Positions 52,381-61,566 of a DNA stretch of 64,000 bases are shown one piece after another. The stretch's first letter is position 1; each line of letters begins with the position of its first letter. The position numbers and the translations under genes were made by a program. The DNA is from Gammaproteobacteria bacterium (lineage in GTDB: Bacteria > Pseudomonadota > Gammaproteobacteria > GCA-002705445 > GCA-002716945): assembly GCA_047611265.1 (NCBI GenBank), contig JBLFWM010000001.1, forward strand, positions 14,592-78,591, read 5' to 3'. The notes under the pieces are model-generated. The model was given only the letters and a program-made list of their open reading frames with translations. It was not told where the DNA came from and did no database searches.

Positions 52381-52575
52381 CTAAATACCTTTTTTATATT
52401 TCATGATATGTTCATATGCATTTCTTGCGTCTATGAATTGTTCAGTGGATTTAACATCATCTGAATTTTTATCAGGGTGATATTTTTGAGCAACTCTCAT
52501 AAATGCCTTCTTAATGACTTTAGCGTCTTCATTTCCCGTTACACCTAATGTTCTATAATATTTATCTAATTTCAT
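52381..52575 (-). CDS. Stand-alone J-domain (DnaJ-like) protein, 64 aa
   Basis: YYRTLGVTGNEDAKVIKKAFMRVAQKYHPDKN carries the invariant HPD tripeptide and matches J-domain helices I-III, with nothing beyond the J domain. The start overlaps the mraZ stop (TAATG). The stop is 2 nt before the rsmH ATG. Confidence 0.8.
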   Translation of the reverse strand: MKLDKYYRTLGVTGNEDAKVIKKAFMRVAQKYHPDKNSDDVKSTEQFIDARNAYEHIMKYKKGI

Positions 52576-53027
52576 TAAATTCTAATATCCGATAAAACAG
52601 ATTCATCTGACTCATCTGTTTCTTCGGATCTCCATTTATTAACTCTATTACTCCAAATATCATCACTCCAGATTTCAAATTTTTCACCTTGCCCTATAAG
52701 AGTAATTTTTTTAGACATCTCGGCAACTAATCTAAGAGGTTTAGGTAATAATATTCTTCCACTTGAATCCAATTCTAAATCTTCGGCATGACCTATTATT
52801 AGACGCTGTATTCTTCTATGGTTTTTAGTAAAGCTTGGTAAATCATTGATTTTCTTTTCAATACTACTAAAAATAGTTGCTGGATATAAGAGAAGGCACT
52901 TTTCTTCTGAGTCAATCGTAACAACCATATTGCCATTAGATTGATCACTAATAGTATTTCTATACTTGGTTGGCATAGTTAACCTGCCCTTTGCGTCCAA
53001 GTTTATATTATGAATGCCTTTAAACAT
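52575..53027 (-). CDS. mraZ: Division/cell wall cluster transcriptional regulator MraZ
   Basis: MFKGIHNINLDAKGRLTMPTKYR and a second SpoVT/AbrB-like repeat (LDSSGRILLPKPLR). Confidence 0.95.
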   Translation of the reverse strand: MFKGIHNINLDAKGRLTMPTKYRNTISDQSNGNMVVTIDSEEKCLLLYPATIFSSIEKKINDLPSFTKNHRRIQRLIIGHAEDLELDSSGRILLPKPLRLVAEMSKKITLIGQGEKFEIWSDDIWSNRVNKWRSEETDESDESVLSDIRI

Positions 53028-53063
53028 TTACCATTATTCCCCACAATCTTACATAAATAACCA
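53028..53063 (-). promoter_or_regulatory. Candidate MraZ operator: four 10-bp-phased TG(G/T) boxes
   Basis: The minus strand reads TGGTTATTTA TGTAAGATTG TGGGGAATAA TGGTAA then ATG of mraZ. Boxes TGGTT, TGTAA, TGGGG and TGGTA recur every 10 nt, like the E. coli TGGGN-5nt-spacer operator. Confidence 0.3.
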
Positions 53064-53072
53064 TATATCAAC

Positions 53073-53102
53073 ACTATATGACTTTTTATTGATGCATGTC
53101 AA
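53073..53102 (-). promoter_or_regulatory. Candidate sigma-70 promoter of the dcw cluster (Pmra-like)
   Basis: The minus strand has TTGACA (53102-53097), an 18-nt spacer, then TATAGT (78-73). It lies about 45 nt upstream of the mraZ ATG. AT-rich background makes -10-like hexamers common, but the perfect -35 is unusual here. Confidence 0.4.
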
Positions 53103-53211
53103 GGTTTTAGCTCTATAAATCCATAGATATACTAAAAATAATCTATATTAATCAAATACTTATATTTAACAATAGGTTAGATCAATATAATGATTTTTTA
53201 ATTAAAAAATG

Positions 53212-53550
53212 GTCTAAGAGCCAACCGATAAGCCGGGTTCTGTCATGTATGATCATTAATCTGGGATTTTTGTCGCCAAAAACCTCTAGCAGCTTACCAT
53301 ATAGCGTGTCTTAGGCTGACAAAATGCTATAAATTTGCTTTGCTCCTAGTGGGGTTTGCCTCAACCATACTCGTTACCTTGTATGTGGTGAGCTCTTACC
53401 TCACCTTTTCACCCTTACTAATATTAAATATTAGCGGTTATTTTCTGCAGCACTTTCCGTAAACTCACGTTTCCCAGGCGTTACCTGGCACTATTGCCTA
53501 TGGAGCCCGGACTTTCCTCTGTTTTCACAGCGATCATATAGTTGACTCTC
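53212..53550 (-). ncRNA. rnpB: RNase P RNA, bacterial type A
   Basis: The reverse complement contains GAGGAAAGTCCGGGCTCCATAGGCAATAGTGCCAGGTAACGCCTGGGAAAC, GGTAAGGGTGAAAAGGTGAGGTAAGAGCTCACC and ACAGAACCCGGCTTATCGGTTGGCTCT. P1 pairs AGAGTCAAC with GTTGGCTCT. Ends are approximate (+/- 5 nt). Confidence 0.9.
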
Positions 53551-53588
53551 GATACAAGTATAGAGAACTTTAATATATATGGAAATAT

Positions 53589-54422
53589 TTATCGTTCATA
53601 TTTAGAGGCTACAATATAAGCAACCCAGCCTGGATCTGCATCACATTTTGTCATTTTATAGAACTTTTCGGTTTCCTCATTCTTTTTATCATCCCATCCT
53701 TGCATGTATACATCGATAGACTTAAACCCTGCTTCAACCAAGCATTCTCTAATTTCAGGTAAAGACCAAAGCCGCCAATGATACTCAAAAGCTTTCTTCA
53801 TGACTGAACCATCATTAAACTCAAAATGTATATAGCATGTTATTGAGTTCGTTATTGGATTAAAGCTATGCTGATCCCAGCAATAAGTAAAATCTTTATA
53901 TTTGGTTTTTTCCTCTAATTCCTGATGAGCTTCATATCCACCGAAAGCATCTAACATCAACAAGCCTTTTGAGCTGAGATTTTTATATGCATTTTTAAAA
54001 TACTTAACAAGATCTCTTCTGTCTTGAAATACCCAATAACTAAAATTAAAGGCAGAAACGCAGTCAACTTTTGGTGTTTTTTTTGTCAGCGAATTACCTT
54101 TTATTAGCCTAATCCTACTTAATTGATTTTTTTCTAAAGATTCTGAAAAATCTTTCTTTGCAAACCCGAGGATATCATCATCTAGGTCAATCGCATACGC
54201 AATGGTTTTGGGACTACTTTTTATCCAAGCAGATGATATTTTTGCAGAAGCACAGAAATCTTCTCTCAGAGTTGTACATTCTGATTTATTATATTTTTTA
54301 AAAGTTTTTGAGATAAACTCAACTTCAAAGTCTACATTTTGAACTGACTGTTCATATAAATCATATCTATTAGCTGTTTTAGCGGTAAGCTTTAATTTCT
54401 TCGCCATATGTTGATTCTTCAA
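53589..54422 (-). CDS. Class I SAM-dependent methyltransferase
   Basis: The LREDFCASAKISSAWIK...AYAIDLDDDIL and LLMLDAFGG pattern is typical of a conserved SAM-MTase family. The start may be M6. The gene overlaps the dusA 3' end. Confidence 0.65.
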   Translation of the reverse strand: MKNQHMAKKLKLTAKTANRYDLYEQSVQNVDFEVEFISKTFKKYNKSECTTLREDFCASAKISSAWIKSSPKTIAYAIDLDDDILGFAKKDFSESLEKNQLSRIRLIKGNSLTKKTPKVDCVSAFNFSYWVFQDRRDLVKYFKNAYKNLSSKGLLMLDAFGGYEAHQELEEKTKYKDFTYCWDQHSFNPITNSITCYIHFEFNDGSVMKKAFEYHWRLWSLPEIRECLVEAGFKSIDVYMQGWDDKKNEETEKFYKMTKCDADPGWVAYIVASKYER

Positions 54423-55356
54423 AATTAGTTATAAGCTCTATTTCTTTATCTGACTGAATAATGTCATGTAAAAATTTTTTCCATTTCTTAGATGAGCTAG
54501 TATTATAATATAAACTAAACAAATGCCTAAGCAAGAGATAATTACTTGTATCTTTATTTTGGAGGCTCAACGCATATTTTAAATATTTTTCTAAAATACT
54601 CTTTCTAGATAAAGTTTCCTCATTGTTATATATTTGCTCTTCAATTTCATTTAAGAACATTGGATTATCATATATCCTTCTTCCAATCATCAAGCCATCA
54701 AACTTATCAATATTTTTTTTAATTTCTGAAATATCTTCAACCCCACCATTCAAATAAAACTCAAGATCAGGAAAAGAATTTTTTACAGTAGTGACATCAG
54801 CGTATCTCAATAACGGTATCTTTCTATTTTTCTTTGGACTCAGACCATTCAATATTGCATTTCTTGCATGAATTATATACTTACTACATCCAGAACTTTT
54901 TGTTTTATTAATTAAAGTAAAGAGTAAATCAAGATTCTCTTCGTAACCCAATCCTAATCTAGTTTTAATAGAAACAGGCAAGTCACATGATTTTTTTATT
55001 TCATAAACACAATCAGCTACCTTCTCTGGATTATTCATTAGACAGGCTCCAAACTCCCCTTTCACTACTTTAGAACTAGGGCATCCAATATTCAGATTAA
55101 TTTCATCATAACCTTGCTCCTCAATAATGCTGGCGCACTGACCATATTTCTTAGGGTCTGATCCTGCTAACTGAATTGTTAGATTTTTTTCTCCTTCCTT
55201 GACCACATAGTTCTTTCTATTTGTATGAAGAAAAGAGTCACATGTAATCATTTCTGTATATAAATAGATATTTTTTGATAATATCCTTACAAATGACCTA
55301 TAATGTTCATCTGTTCTGCCAACCATAGGGGCTAAATATATACGCTTATTATCCAT
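54379..55356 (-). CDS. dusA: tRNA-dihydrouridine(20/20a) synthase DusA
   Basis: LAPMVGRTDEHYRSF N-terminus, NLNIGCPS and a TIM-barrel FMN pattern. 325 aa. Confidence 0.9.
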   Translation of the reverse strand: MDNKRIYLAPMVGRTDEHYRSFVRILSKNIYLYTEMITCDSFLHTNRKNYVVKEGEKNLTIQLAGSDPKKYGQCASIIEEQGYDEINLNIGCPSSKVVKGEFGACLMNNPEKVADCVYEIKKSCDLPVSIKTRLGLGYEENLDLLFTLINKTKSSGCSKYIIHARNAILNGLSPKKNRKIPLLRYADVTTVKNSFPDLEFYLNGGVEDISEIKKNIDKFDGLMIGRRIYDNPMFLNEIEEQIYNNEETLSRKSILEKYLKYALSLQNKDTSNYLLLRHLFSLYYNTSSSKKWKKFLHDIIQSDKEIELITNFEESTYGEEIKAYR

Positions 55357-55412
55357 GCTGAGTTATTCTATTATATAAGATACTTAATATCTAATGATAA
55401 CCTTTTAATAAA

Positions 55413-56015
55413 ATGAATATAAATAAAGAAGATATAACAATAGTCATACTGGCAGGCGGGAAATCCGAGAGAATGAATGGCCAGGACAAAGGCTTAATGC
55501 AGATAAATAAAAAATATGTTATCAAACACTTATATGATATTTGCAAAGAATATTCGGATGAAATTTATGTGAATGCTAATAGAAATATTGATATATATAA
55601 TAAAATGGGGTTAATCACTTGGCAGGATATACTAGAAGATTATCAGGGACCCTTGTCAGGCATATATACATCGCTATTCAATACTAAAACTAAGTATATG
55701 ATTACTTTGCCATGCGATGGCCCACTACTCAGTCATACTTATTTTGAACGTATGACTAATATTAATAGTGATTTTGATATTAGAGCTGCTCATAATGGAG
55801 ATAGAATACAGCCAGTATATTCCTTAATAAAAAAAGATTTATTAAATAACTTAAAGTCATTTATAGATACTGGTCAGAGAAAAATTGATAAGTGGTATAA
55901 TCAATGTAACCTAGAATTGGTAGATTTCTCAGATGAGAAAAATATATTTATTAATATAAACAGCCAGGCAGACTTGATAGAATATAAAACACTAATAAAT
56001 GAAAATATAAAATAA
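55413..56015 (+). CDS. mobA: Molybdenum cofactor guanylyltransferase
   Basis: VILAGGKSERMNGQDKGL, GPLSGI and LPCDGP motifs. Confidence 0.85.
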   Translation: MNINKEDITIVILAGGKSERMNGQDKGLMQINKKYVIKHLYDICKEYSDEIYVNANRNIDIYNKMGLITWQDILEDYQGPLSGIYTSLFNTKTKYMITLPCDGPLLSHTYFERMTNINSDFDIRAAHNGDRIQPVYSLIKKDLLNNLKSFIDTGQRKIDKWYNQCNLELVDFSDEKNIFININSQADLIEYKTLINENIK

Positions 56016-56016
56016 T

Positions 56017-56547
56017 ATGGATAATACAAAAAGAATAGCGTGGTGTATTACTGGTTCTGGTCATTATTTAAAAGAATCAATAGAGATTATATTTACTCTA
56101 AAAAATATAGACTTATTTCTCAGCAAGGCAGGCGAAGAAGTCCTTAAATGGTATGACTATAGTCTTGAAGATTTTAAATCAAAAGGAATTAAGGTTTTCA
56201 AAGATATTACTGCTAGTTCTGCTCCTGTTAGTTTACTCTATGAAGATGTATATAAACTAATCGTAGTTTCCCCTGCAACATCTAACACTATTGCTCAAAT
56301 GTCTTATGGGTTATCAGACAGTTTAGTGACAAACATGTTTGCGCAAGCTGGTAAATGCAAAATACATTCTATTGTATTTGCTTGCGATACTGAACCAACG
56401 GTAATAACACAAGCACCAAAAAGATCTGTGACATTATACCCACGTGATATAGAACTAGAAAATTATGAAAAATTAAAAAATTTTAAAAATGTTGATGTTG
56501 TGGATAATGTTACAAAATTGAATCAAGCCCTAAAAAAATGGATATGA
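56017..56547 (+). CDS. Flavoprotein of the AfpA/DmrX type (putative dihydromethanopterin reductase)
   Basis: 176 aa flavodoxin-like flavoprotein fold (IAWCITGSGHYL...VSPATSNTIAQM). First gene of the H4MPT cofactor block. The function is inferred from context. Confidence 0.55.
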   Translation: MDNTKRIAWCITGSGHYLKESIEIIFTLKNIDLFLSKAGEEVLKWYDYSLEDFKSKGIKVFKDITASSAPVSLLYEDVYKLIVVSPATSNTIAQMSYGLSDSLVTNMFAQAGKCKIHSIVFACDTEPTVITQAPKRSVTLYPRDIELENYEKLKNFKNVDVVDNVTKLNQALKKWI

Positions 56548-57929
56548 AAAATAATATTTTATTTATCACTGGAAAATTAGCAGAAAAGAATATAAGAAGT
56601 ATTTTAGACTCTATAAAAGATAAAGACTTCACTTATGAGATAAGGAATCTCGATATCAATGTTGCCGCATTACTTACAACAGAAATGATATATAGACGTA
56701 TTGGAGATGTGGATAATTTTAACAAAATCATCTTACCTGGAAAAGTTAGAGGTGATATAGATGAATTAGCTAAAAAACTTAAAATTGAAATTAAGCGCGG
56801 GCCAGAAGAATTGAAAGATTTACCTGTTATGTTTGGTGGAGATTCTTTGAAACATGATCTCTCTAAATACGAGGTTCATATATTTGCTGAAATAACTGAT
56901 GCTCCTAATATGAAAATACAAGAAATTATCAGCATGGCTGATATTTATAGAAATAATGGGGCAGATATAATTGATATTGGATGTTTACCCAATCAATCAT
57001 TTCCACATTTATCTGAAACTATTCAAGAGCTAAAGCGGCAAGATTTTTATGTCAGCATAGACTCTCATTCAGATAAAGAATTGATTCTTGGGGGGAAATC
57101 TGGGGCAGATTATCTTTTGAGTATAAAATCAGATAATTTTTATATTTTAGATGAAGTAGATTCATTCCCTATTCTTATACCCAAGGATGGAGACATGGCT
57201 AGTTTACATGAATGCATTGACAAATGTATTTTAGATAAAAGAATTTTTATTGCGGATCCTATATTGGATCCAATAAATTATGGCTTTACTCAATCAATTA
57301 TTAGATATAGTAAATTAAGAGAAAGATATCCTGATATTCATATAATGATGGGTACCGGTAATGTAACAGAGCTTACTCATGCAGATACTACTGGAATGAC
57401 CATGATACTGATGGGAATAATATCCGAACTCAAAATTAATCATATTTTAACCACTGAAGTTAGCAAACATTGTAAAACAGTGATTAAAGAAAATGATTTA
57501 GCACGAAGGATCATTCTAGCGGCAAGACTTGGAAATACAACACCAAAACATATTGATTCAGGTTTACTTACAACACATGAAGAAGATCCGATAAGATATA
57601 ACTCAGAAGAAGTTAAGGAATTATTTAAACAAGTTAAAGATTCTAGTTATAGAATAATGAATACAGATGATGGTGTTCATCTGTTTAATAAAAAAGGATT
57701 ACAACTTGCAGTTGATCCTTTTGACTTCTTTGAAAAGATAGAGGTTGGAGATGATACTGGTCATGCTTTTTATTTAGGAGTAGAATTAGCTAGAGCTCAA
57801 ATTGCACATCAATTAGGTAAATCTTATGAGCAAGATGAAGAATTGAAATGGGGTTGCTTAGTGGATGAAAAAATTGATGATAAGCTTGCGTTTAAAGAAC
57901 AAGGTTCAACTTTCAAAAAGAAAAAATGA
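56538..57929 (+). CDS. Dihydropteroate-synthase-like pterin-binding protein of the H4MPT pathway
   Basis: 463 aa. Central pterin-binding TIM-barrel-like region (NGADIIDIGC...MGTGNVTEL) with an N-terminal extension, as in methylotroph and archaeal methanopterin biosynthesis homologues. Confidence 0.6.
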   Translation: MDMKNNILFITGKLAEKNIRSILDSIKDKDFTYEIRNLDINVAALLTTEMIYRRIGDVDNFNKIILPGKVRGDIDELAKKLKIEIKRGPEELKDLPVMFGGDSLKHDLSKYEVHIFAEITDAPNMKIQEIISMADIYRNNGADIIDIGCLPNQSFPHLSETIQELKRQDFYVSIDSHSDKELILGGKSGADYLLSIKSDNFYILDEVDSFPILIPKDGDMASLHECIDKCILDKRIFIADPILDPINYGFTQSIIRYSKLRERYPDIHIMMGTGNVTELTHADTTGMTMILMGIISELKINHILTTEVSKHCKTVIKENDLARRIILAARLGNTTPKHIDSGLLTTHEEDPIRYNSEEVKELFKQVKDSSYRIMNTDDGVHLFNKKGLQLAVDPFDFFEKIEVGDDTGHAFYLGVELARAQIAHQLGKSYEQDEELKWGCLVDEKIDDKLAFKEQGSTFKKKK

Positions 57930-58489
57930 TACACGAAGTTATAGTCACAACAATCTCTGAGGAAAAAATAGTTCATATAGCACCTATGGGAATACAGATA
58001 ATTGACAATAGAGTTATTATTTCACCTTTTCGACCATCCCAAACATTAGATAATATTACTAAGAATAATCTTGCAACCATAAATTTTATTGATGATGTAA
58101 GAGTGTTTGCTGGAATTGTTACGAAATATAAGAAAGATTGGGAACTAGAGAATATTAAAGACGAGCAGGTGGTACCAAGACTAGTGCTAGCTAATACTCA
58201 TTACAATATAATAGCCAAAGAGTTTAAAGATGACGAAAAAAGACCAGACATAATATGTGATATAAGAAAAAAAGTAATTAATAAACCATTTATGGGTTTT
58301 AATAGGGCTCAGTTTTCAGTAATAGAAGCATCAGTTTTAGTTAGTAGACTTAAAATGTTGCCTATAGAAAAAATTTTACAAGAAATAGAATACCTCAAGA
58401 TAGGAATTGAAAAAACCGCAGGACCAAGAGAATCTGAGGCCTGGAAATGGATAGAAGACAAGATTCAAGAATTTCAAAAGAAAGTATAA
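57926..58489 (+). CDS. DUF447 family protein (H4MPT-linked, function unassigned)
   Basis: The N-terminal EVIVTTISEEKIVHIAPMG pattern is typical of DUF447 split-barrel proteins. Embedded in the H4MPT block. Confidence 0.55.
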   Translation: MIHEVIVTTISEEKIVHIAPMGIQIIDNRVIISPFRPSQTLDNITKNNLATINFIDDVRVFAGIVTKYKKDWELENIKDEQVVPRLVLANTHYNIIAKEFKDDEKRPDIICDIRKKVINKPFMGFNRAQFSVIEASVLVSRLKMLPIEKILQEIEYLKIGIEKTAGPRESEAWKWIEDKIQEFQKKV

Positions 58490-58495
58490 GACAAT

Positions 58496-59179
58496 ATGAC
58501 AAGATTTCTTGCTAGCATAAAAGATATTGATGAGGCAACTAGTGCTTCAACAATAGATATTGATATCTTAGATTTGAAAAATATTAATGATGGTGCGCTA
58601 GGTTTTGTAGGCATAGAATTAATTTCTAAAGTTAAAATCCTATTACCTAAAAATATTCTAAGTGTGACTATGGGTAATGATATTAATCCAAATAATAGTA
58701 TTAATATAAGAAATTTAAAAATGGTTATAGAGGAAGAAGTTAATTATTTGAAGATAGGATTATTTGATACAAAATATTTATCAGAACATCAGATTATACT
58801 TGAACAGATTGATTTCAAAAAGACCCAACCTATTTGTGTAATGTTTGCTGATCAAGATTTTGATCTTAATAATGTAGAAAAACTTATAGATATAGGTTAT
58901 CAAGGCATAATGATTGATACATGTAATAAAAATAGTAAATCAATAGTAGATCTATTAAGCCGGAAAGAAATAAAATATTTTTTAAAAACAGTAAAAGCTC
59001 GTGGCATGATTTGTGGTTTATCCGGATCTTTAAAGCTTGAACATATATCAATGCTAAGAGAGTTAAATCCTGATTTTTTAGGATTCAGAGGGCAATTATG
59101 TGATCCATCAAAAGCACGGTATAAGTTTAATGAAAATTTAGCAGAAGAAGTTTCAAAAAAAATTAAGCTGAGTTTTTAA
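58496..59179 (+). CDS. mfnB: (5-formylfuran-3-yl)methyl phosphate synthase (MfnB, DUF556 family)
   Basis: FLASIKDIDEA...DILDLKN...GALG N-terminal pattern and a conserved K/D-rich TIM-barrel. 227 aa. Confidence 0.65.
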   Translation: MTRFLASIKDIDEATSASTIDIDILDLKNINDGALGFVGIELISKVKILLPKNILSVTMGNDINPNNSINIRNLKMVIEEEVNYLKIGLFDTKYLSEHQIILEQIDFKKTQPICVMFADQDFDLNNVEKLIDIGYQGIMIDTCNKNSKSIVDLLSRKEIKYFLKTVKARGMICGLSGSLKLEHISMLRELNPDFLGFRGQLCDPSKARYKFNENLAEEVSKKIKLSF

Positions 59180-60524
59180 GTAAATCTAAGAGGGGTTTGA
59201 TTTTATCAAATGTCTCCTTATACTCTGATTCAATTTCAGAATCATAAACTATACCGCCTCCTCCCCAAAAATATAATTTATTTTTCGTAGCCATTACAGT
59301 TCTGATAGCAATATTTAAATCAGTTGTTCCGCTAAAACTAATATAACCTATAGAGCCGCAATAAATATTTCTATTATTAGGCTCAAGTTCACTTATTATC
59401 TGCATAGCTCTAATTTTTGGCGCACCTGTAATAGAGCCGCCTGGGAAACAATCCCTGATAAGCTTATAAATATTACTATTAGTAGCAATCTTGCCCTGAA
59501 TAGTGCTAACAAGATGGTGGACATTTGCAAATGTCTCAATACTAAATAATTCTTTAACTTTTACTGAACCAAATTCACAATTTTTCCCTAAATCATTTCT
59601 CAATAAATCAACAATCATTAAATTTTCTGCTCTTTCCTTGTATGAAGCAGATAACTCCTCTATAAGCTGTTTATTAATCTGTATATCAGCAGACACAGGA
59701 CGAGTACCTTTTATTGGCTTGGTCTCTACAATATTGCCATCATATGAAAGAAATCTTTCTGGAGAAAAGCTCATTATTTTAACAAATGGCATATCAATAT
59801 ATGCTGAATAAGGTGACGAATAAGAGGGTGTTATCTTATTGTAAATATCCCAAGTATCACCACTATACTGAGCAGAAAATCTTTGTGAAAAGTTAATTTG
59901 ATAGCAATCTCCATTCTGAATATATGACTGTATTTTATTAAATTTATTCTCATATTCATCATGAGTAATATTTGATTCGCAAACAGAATTAATTGAGAAT
60001 TTTTTTTCTTGATTCTTGTCAAATATTTTTTTTTCAAGACATGACTTTATTTTATTAATAAAAGAATCTTCGTTGCTATAAATCAAAGTAGTATTTTTTT
60101 TATGATGGTCAACGATAACTGCCCAATCATAAATACCAAATGCCATGAGTGGCATATCAATGTCATTTTTTTTAATTTTGATGCCTTCGTAATGATTGCC
60201 TAAGTCATATGACAAATAACCAATCGCCCCACCAGTAAATGGTAAATCACTAATATCAGAAGGATATTTTTTCATAATAATACCCACTACATCGATCGGA
60301 TCATCTTTGTATTCCTGAATACCACTTTTATTTTCTACTGTGGTCTTATTATCATGAGCAATTATTTTTTCTATTGGATTTGCACTAAGTATGTCATATC
60401 TCTCATCTTGAAACTTATCATGATTACTACATAAAAATACTGGCCACTCTGAGTCTTTTACTATTGAAAATATATCACGAGTATCTCCATAATAGTCATA
60501 GCTAATTTTATGCTGTTTATTCAT
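59163..60524 (-). CDS. pabB: Aminodeoxychorismate synthase component I
   Basis: 453 aa chorismate-utilising enzyme with PFTGGAIGYLSYDLG, SPERF, KGTRP and GGSITGAPK. Size and H4MPT context (pABA precursor) favour PabB over TrpE. Confidence 0.75.
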   Translation of the reverse strand: MNKQHKISYDYYGDTRDIFSIVKDSEWPVFLCSNHDKFQDERYDILSANPIEKIIAHDNKTTVENKSGIQEYKDDPIDVVGIIMKKYPSDISDLPFTGGAIGYLSYDLGNHYEGIKIKKNDIDMPLMAFGIYDWAVIVDHHKKNTTLIYSNEDSFINKIKSCLEKKIFDKNQEKKFSINSVCESNITHDEYENKFNKIQSYIQNGDCYQINFSQRFSAQYSGDTWDIYNKITPSYSSPYSAYIDMPFVKIMSFSPERFLSYDGNIVETKPIKGTRPVSADIQINKQLIEELSASYKERAENLMIVDLLRNDLGKNCEFGSVKVKELFSIETFANVHHLVSTIQGKIATNSNIYKLIRDCFPGGSITGAPKIRAMQIISELEPNNRNIYCGSIGYISFSGTTDLNIAIRTVMATKNKLYFWGGGGIVYDSEIESEYKETFDKIKPLLDLLKNSA

Positions 60525-61566
60525 AATATTTTTTTAATAACAAAGAAAGCAGAAAAGATGGAGCCAAATCAGATGGCTCACATAAGCGCTTATTATATTT
60601 AATATTAATATATTGATCTAAAGACATATATTTCCAGTTATTTTTTTTACTTATCATGCTAATGAGAATTCTACCAACACCCATACCAATAATCTTTAAA
60701 TCTTTCACGGTAGAGAAATTATCTTTAATATGATTTTTTATAGTATAGCTTATTTGGTCCAAATGCGCTGACATGATTTTTCTAGATAACATATTAATAG
60801 TCTTTTTTTTATCTATAGAATAATCAAACCCAAAAACTCTTGAAATTCTACGCAAGGTATCTTTTGTTGATTTTGATCTACCATCAGCTGTCTCAGTATA
60901 GTCAGATTTTTTTTTGATAATTGACAGCAATCGATAAACATCAGACATCGTAGAAAAATTTTCAGGGATTATATTATATATTTTTTTATTTAGGTTAAGG
61001 GAGTTTATTATTGAGTACATAGGAGTTCTTAGAGCTCCAGTATAGAGCAATTCTTTTGTATTGAGACCTGAATAATCATCATGCCTTTTGTTTATACATA
61101 TATGGTTTTTTATAAGAACTATATCAGTAGTGGTAGACCCAATATCAATGGCTATTATATTTTTATCCATATTTTTTAAATAATCAGGGATAGCCATCCA
61201 ATTTGTTGACGCTAATGATGAATAATTTTTAAAACTCTGAAATTTTGATATCCCACTATCTTTAGAATATATATGGTTCACGAAACCTTTATTTTCAAAT
61301 AAGGAGAGTATTGCTTTAACCCCTTTTTTTCTAGAAGAGAAGATGTCGCACATTTCAGCTGACATACTAATTATATTTATTATATGAAATTTTTTTTTAT
61401 ATTTAACATTTACGTTTTTAATTATATTTTCTAATTGTGATAAAGATTTCCATAATTCACAAATCATAATTCTACACTCCACAGTGTCCTTTCTGTCCGT
61501 CGATATAGTATACTTTGTATGAGCGCCACCTATATCCCAACCAATATATAATTTTTTTTTATTCAT
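60517..61566 (-). CDS. H4MPT-linked C1 transfer pathway protein (hydantoinase/oxoprolinase-like ASKHA fold), function unassigned
   Basis: YIGWDIGGAHTKY and AIDIGSTTTDI sugar-kinase/actin-fold phosphate motifs. The size and context match the family conserved in methylotroph archaeal-like islands. Confidence 0.6.
   Translation of the reverse strand: MNKKKLYIGWDIGGAHTKYTISTDRKDTVECRIMICELWKSLSQLENIIKNVNVKYKKKFHIINIISMSAEMCDIFSSRKKGVKAILSLFENKGFVNHIYSKDSGISKFQSFKNYSSLASTNWMAIPDYLKNMDKNIIAIDIGSTTTDIVLIKNHICINKRHDDYSGLNTKELLYTGALRTPMYSIINSLNLNKKIYNIIPENFSTMSDVYRLLSIIKKKSDYTETADGRSKSTKDTLRRISRVFGFDYSIDKKKTINMLSRKIMSAHLDQISYTIKNHIKDNFSTVKDLKIIGMGVGRILISMISKKNNWKYMSLDQYINIKYNKRLCEPSDLAPSFLLSLLLKKYYE

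Noticed and set aside
53190-53211. Perfect AT palindrome ATTTTTTAATTAAAAAAT immediately downstream of rnpB, considered as an intrinsic terminator.
   Set aside because: The stem would be A-U pairs only and thermodynamically very weak. Such palindromes are expected by chance in DNA this AT-rich. I therefore did not call it as a feature.
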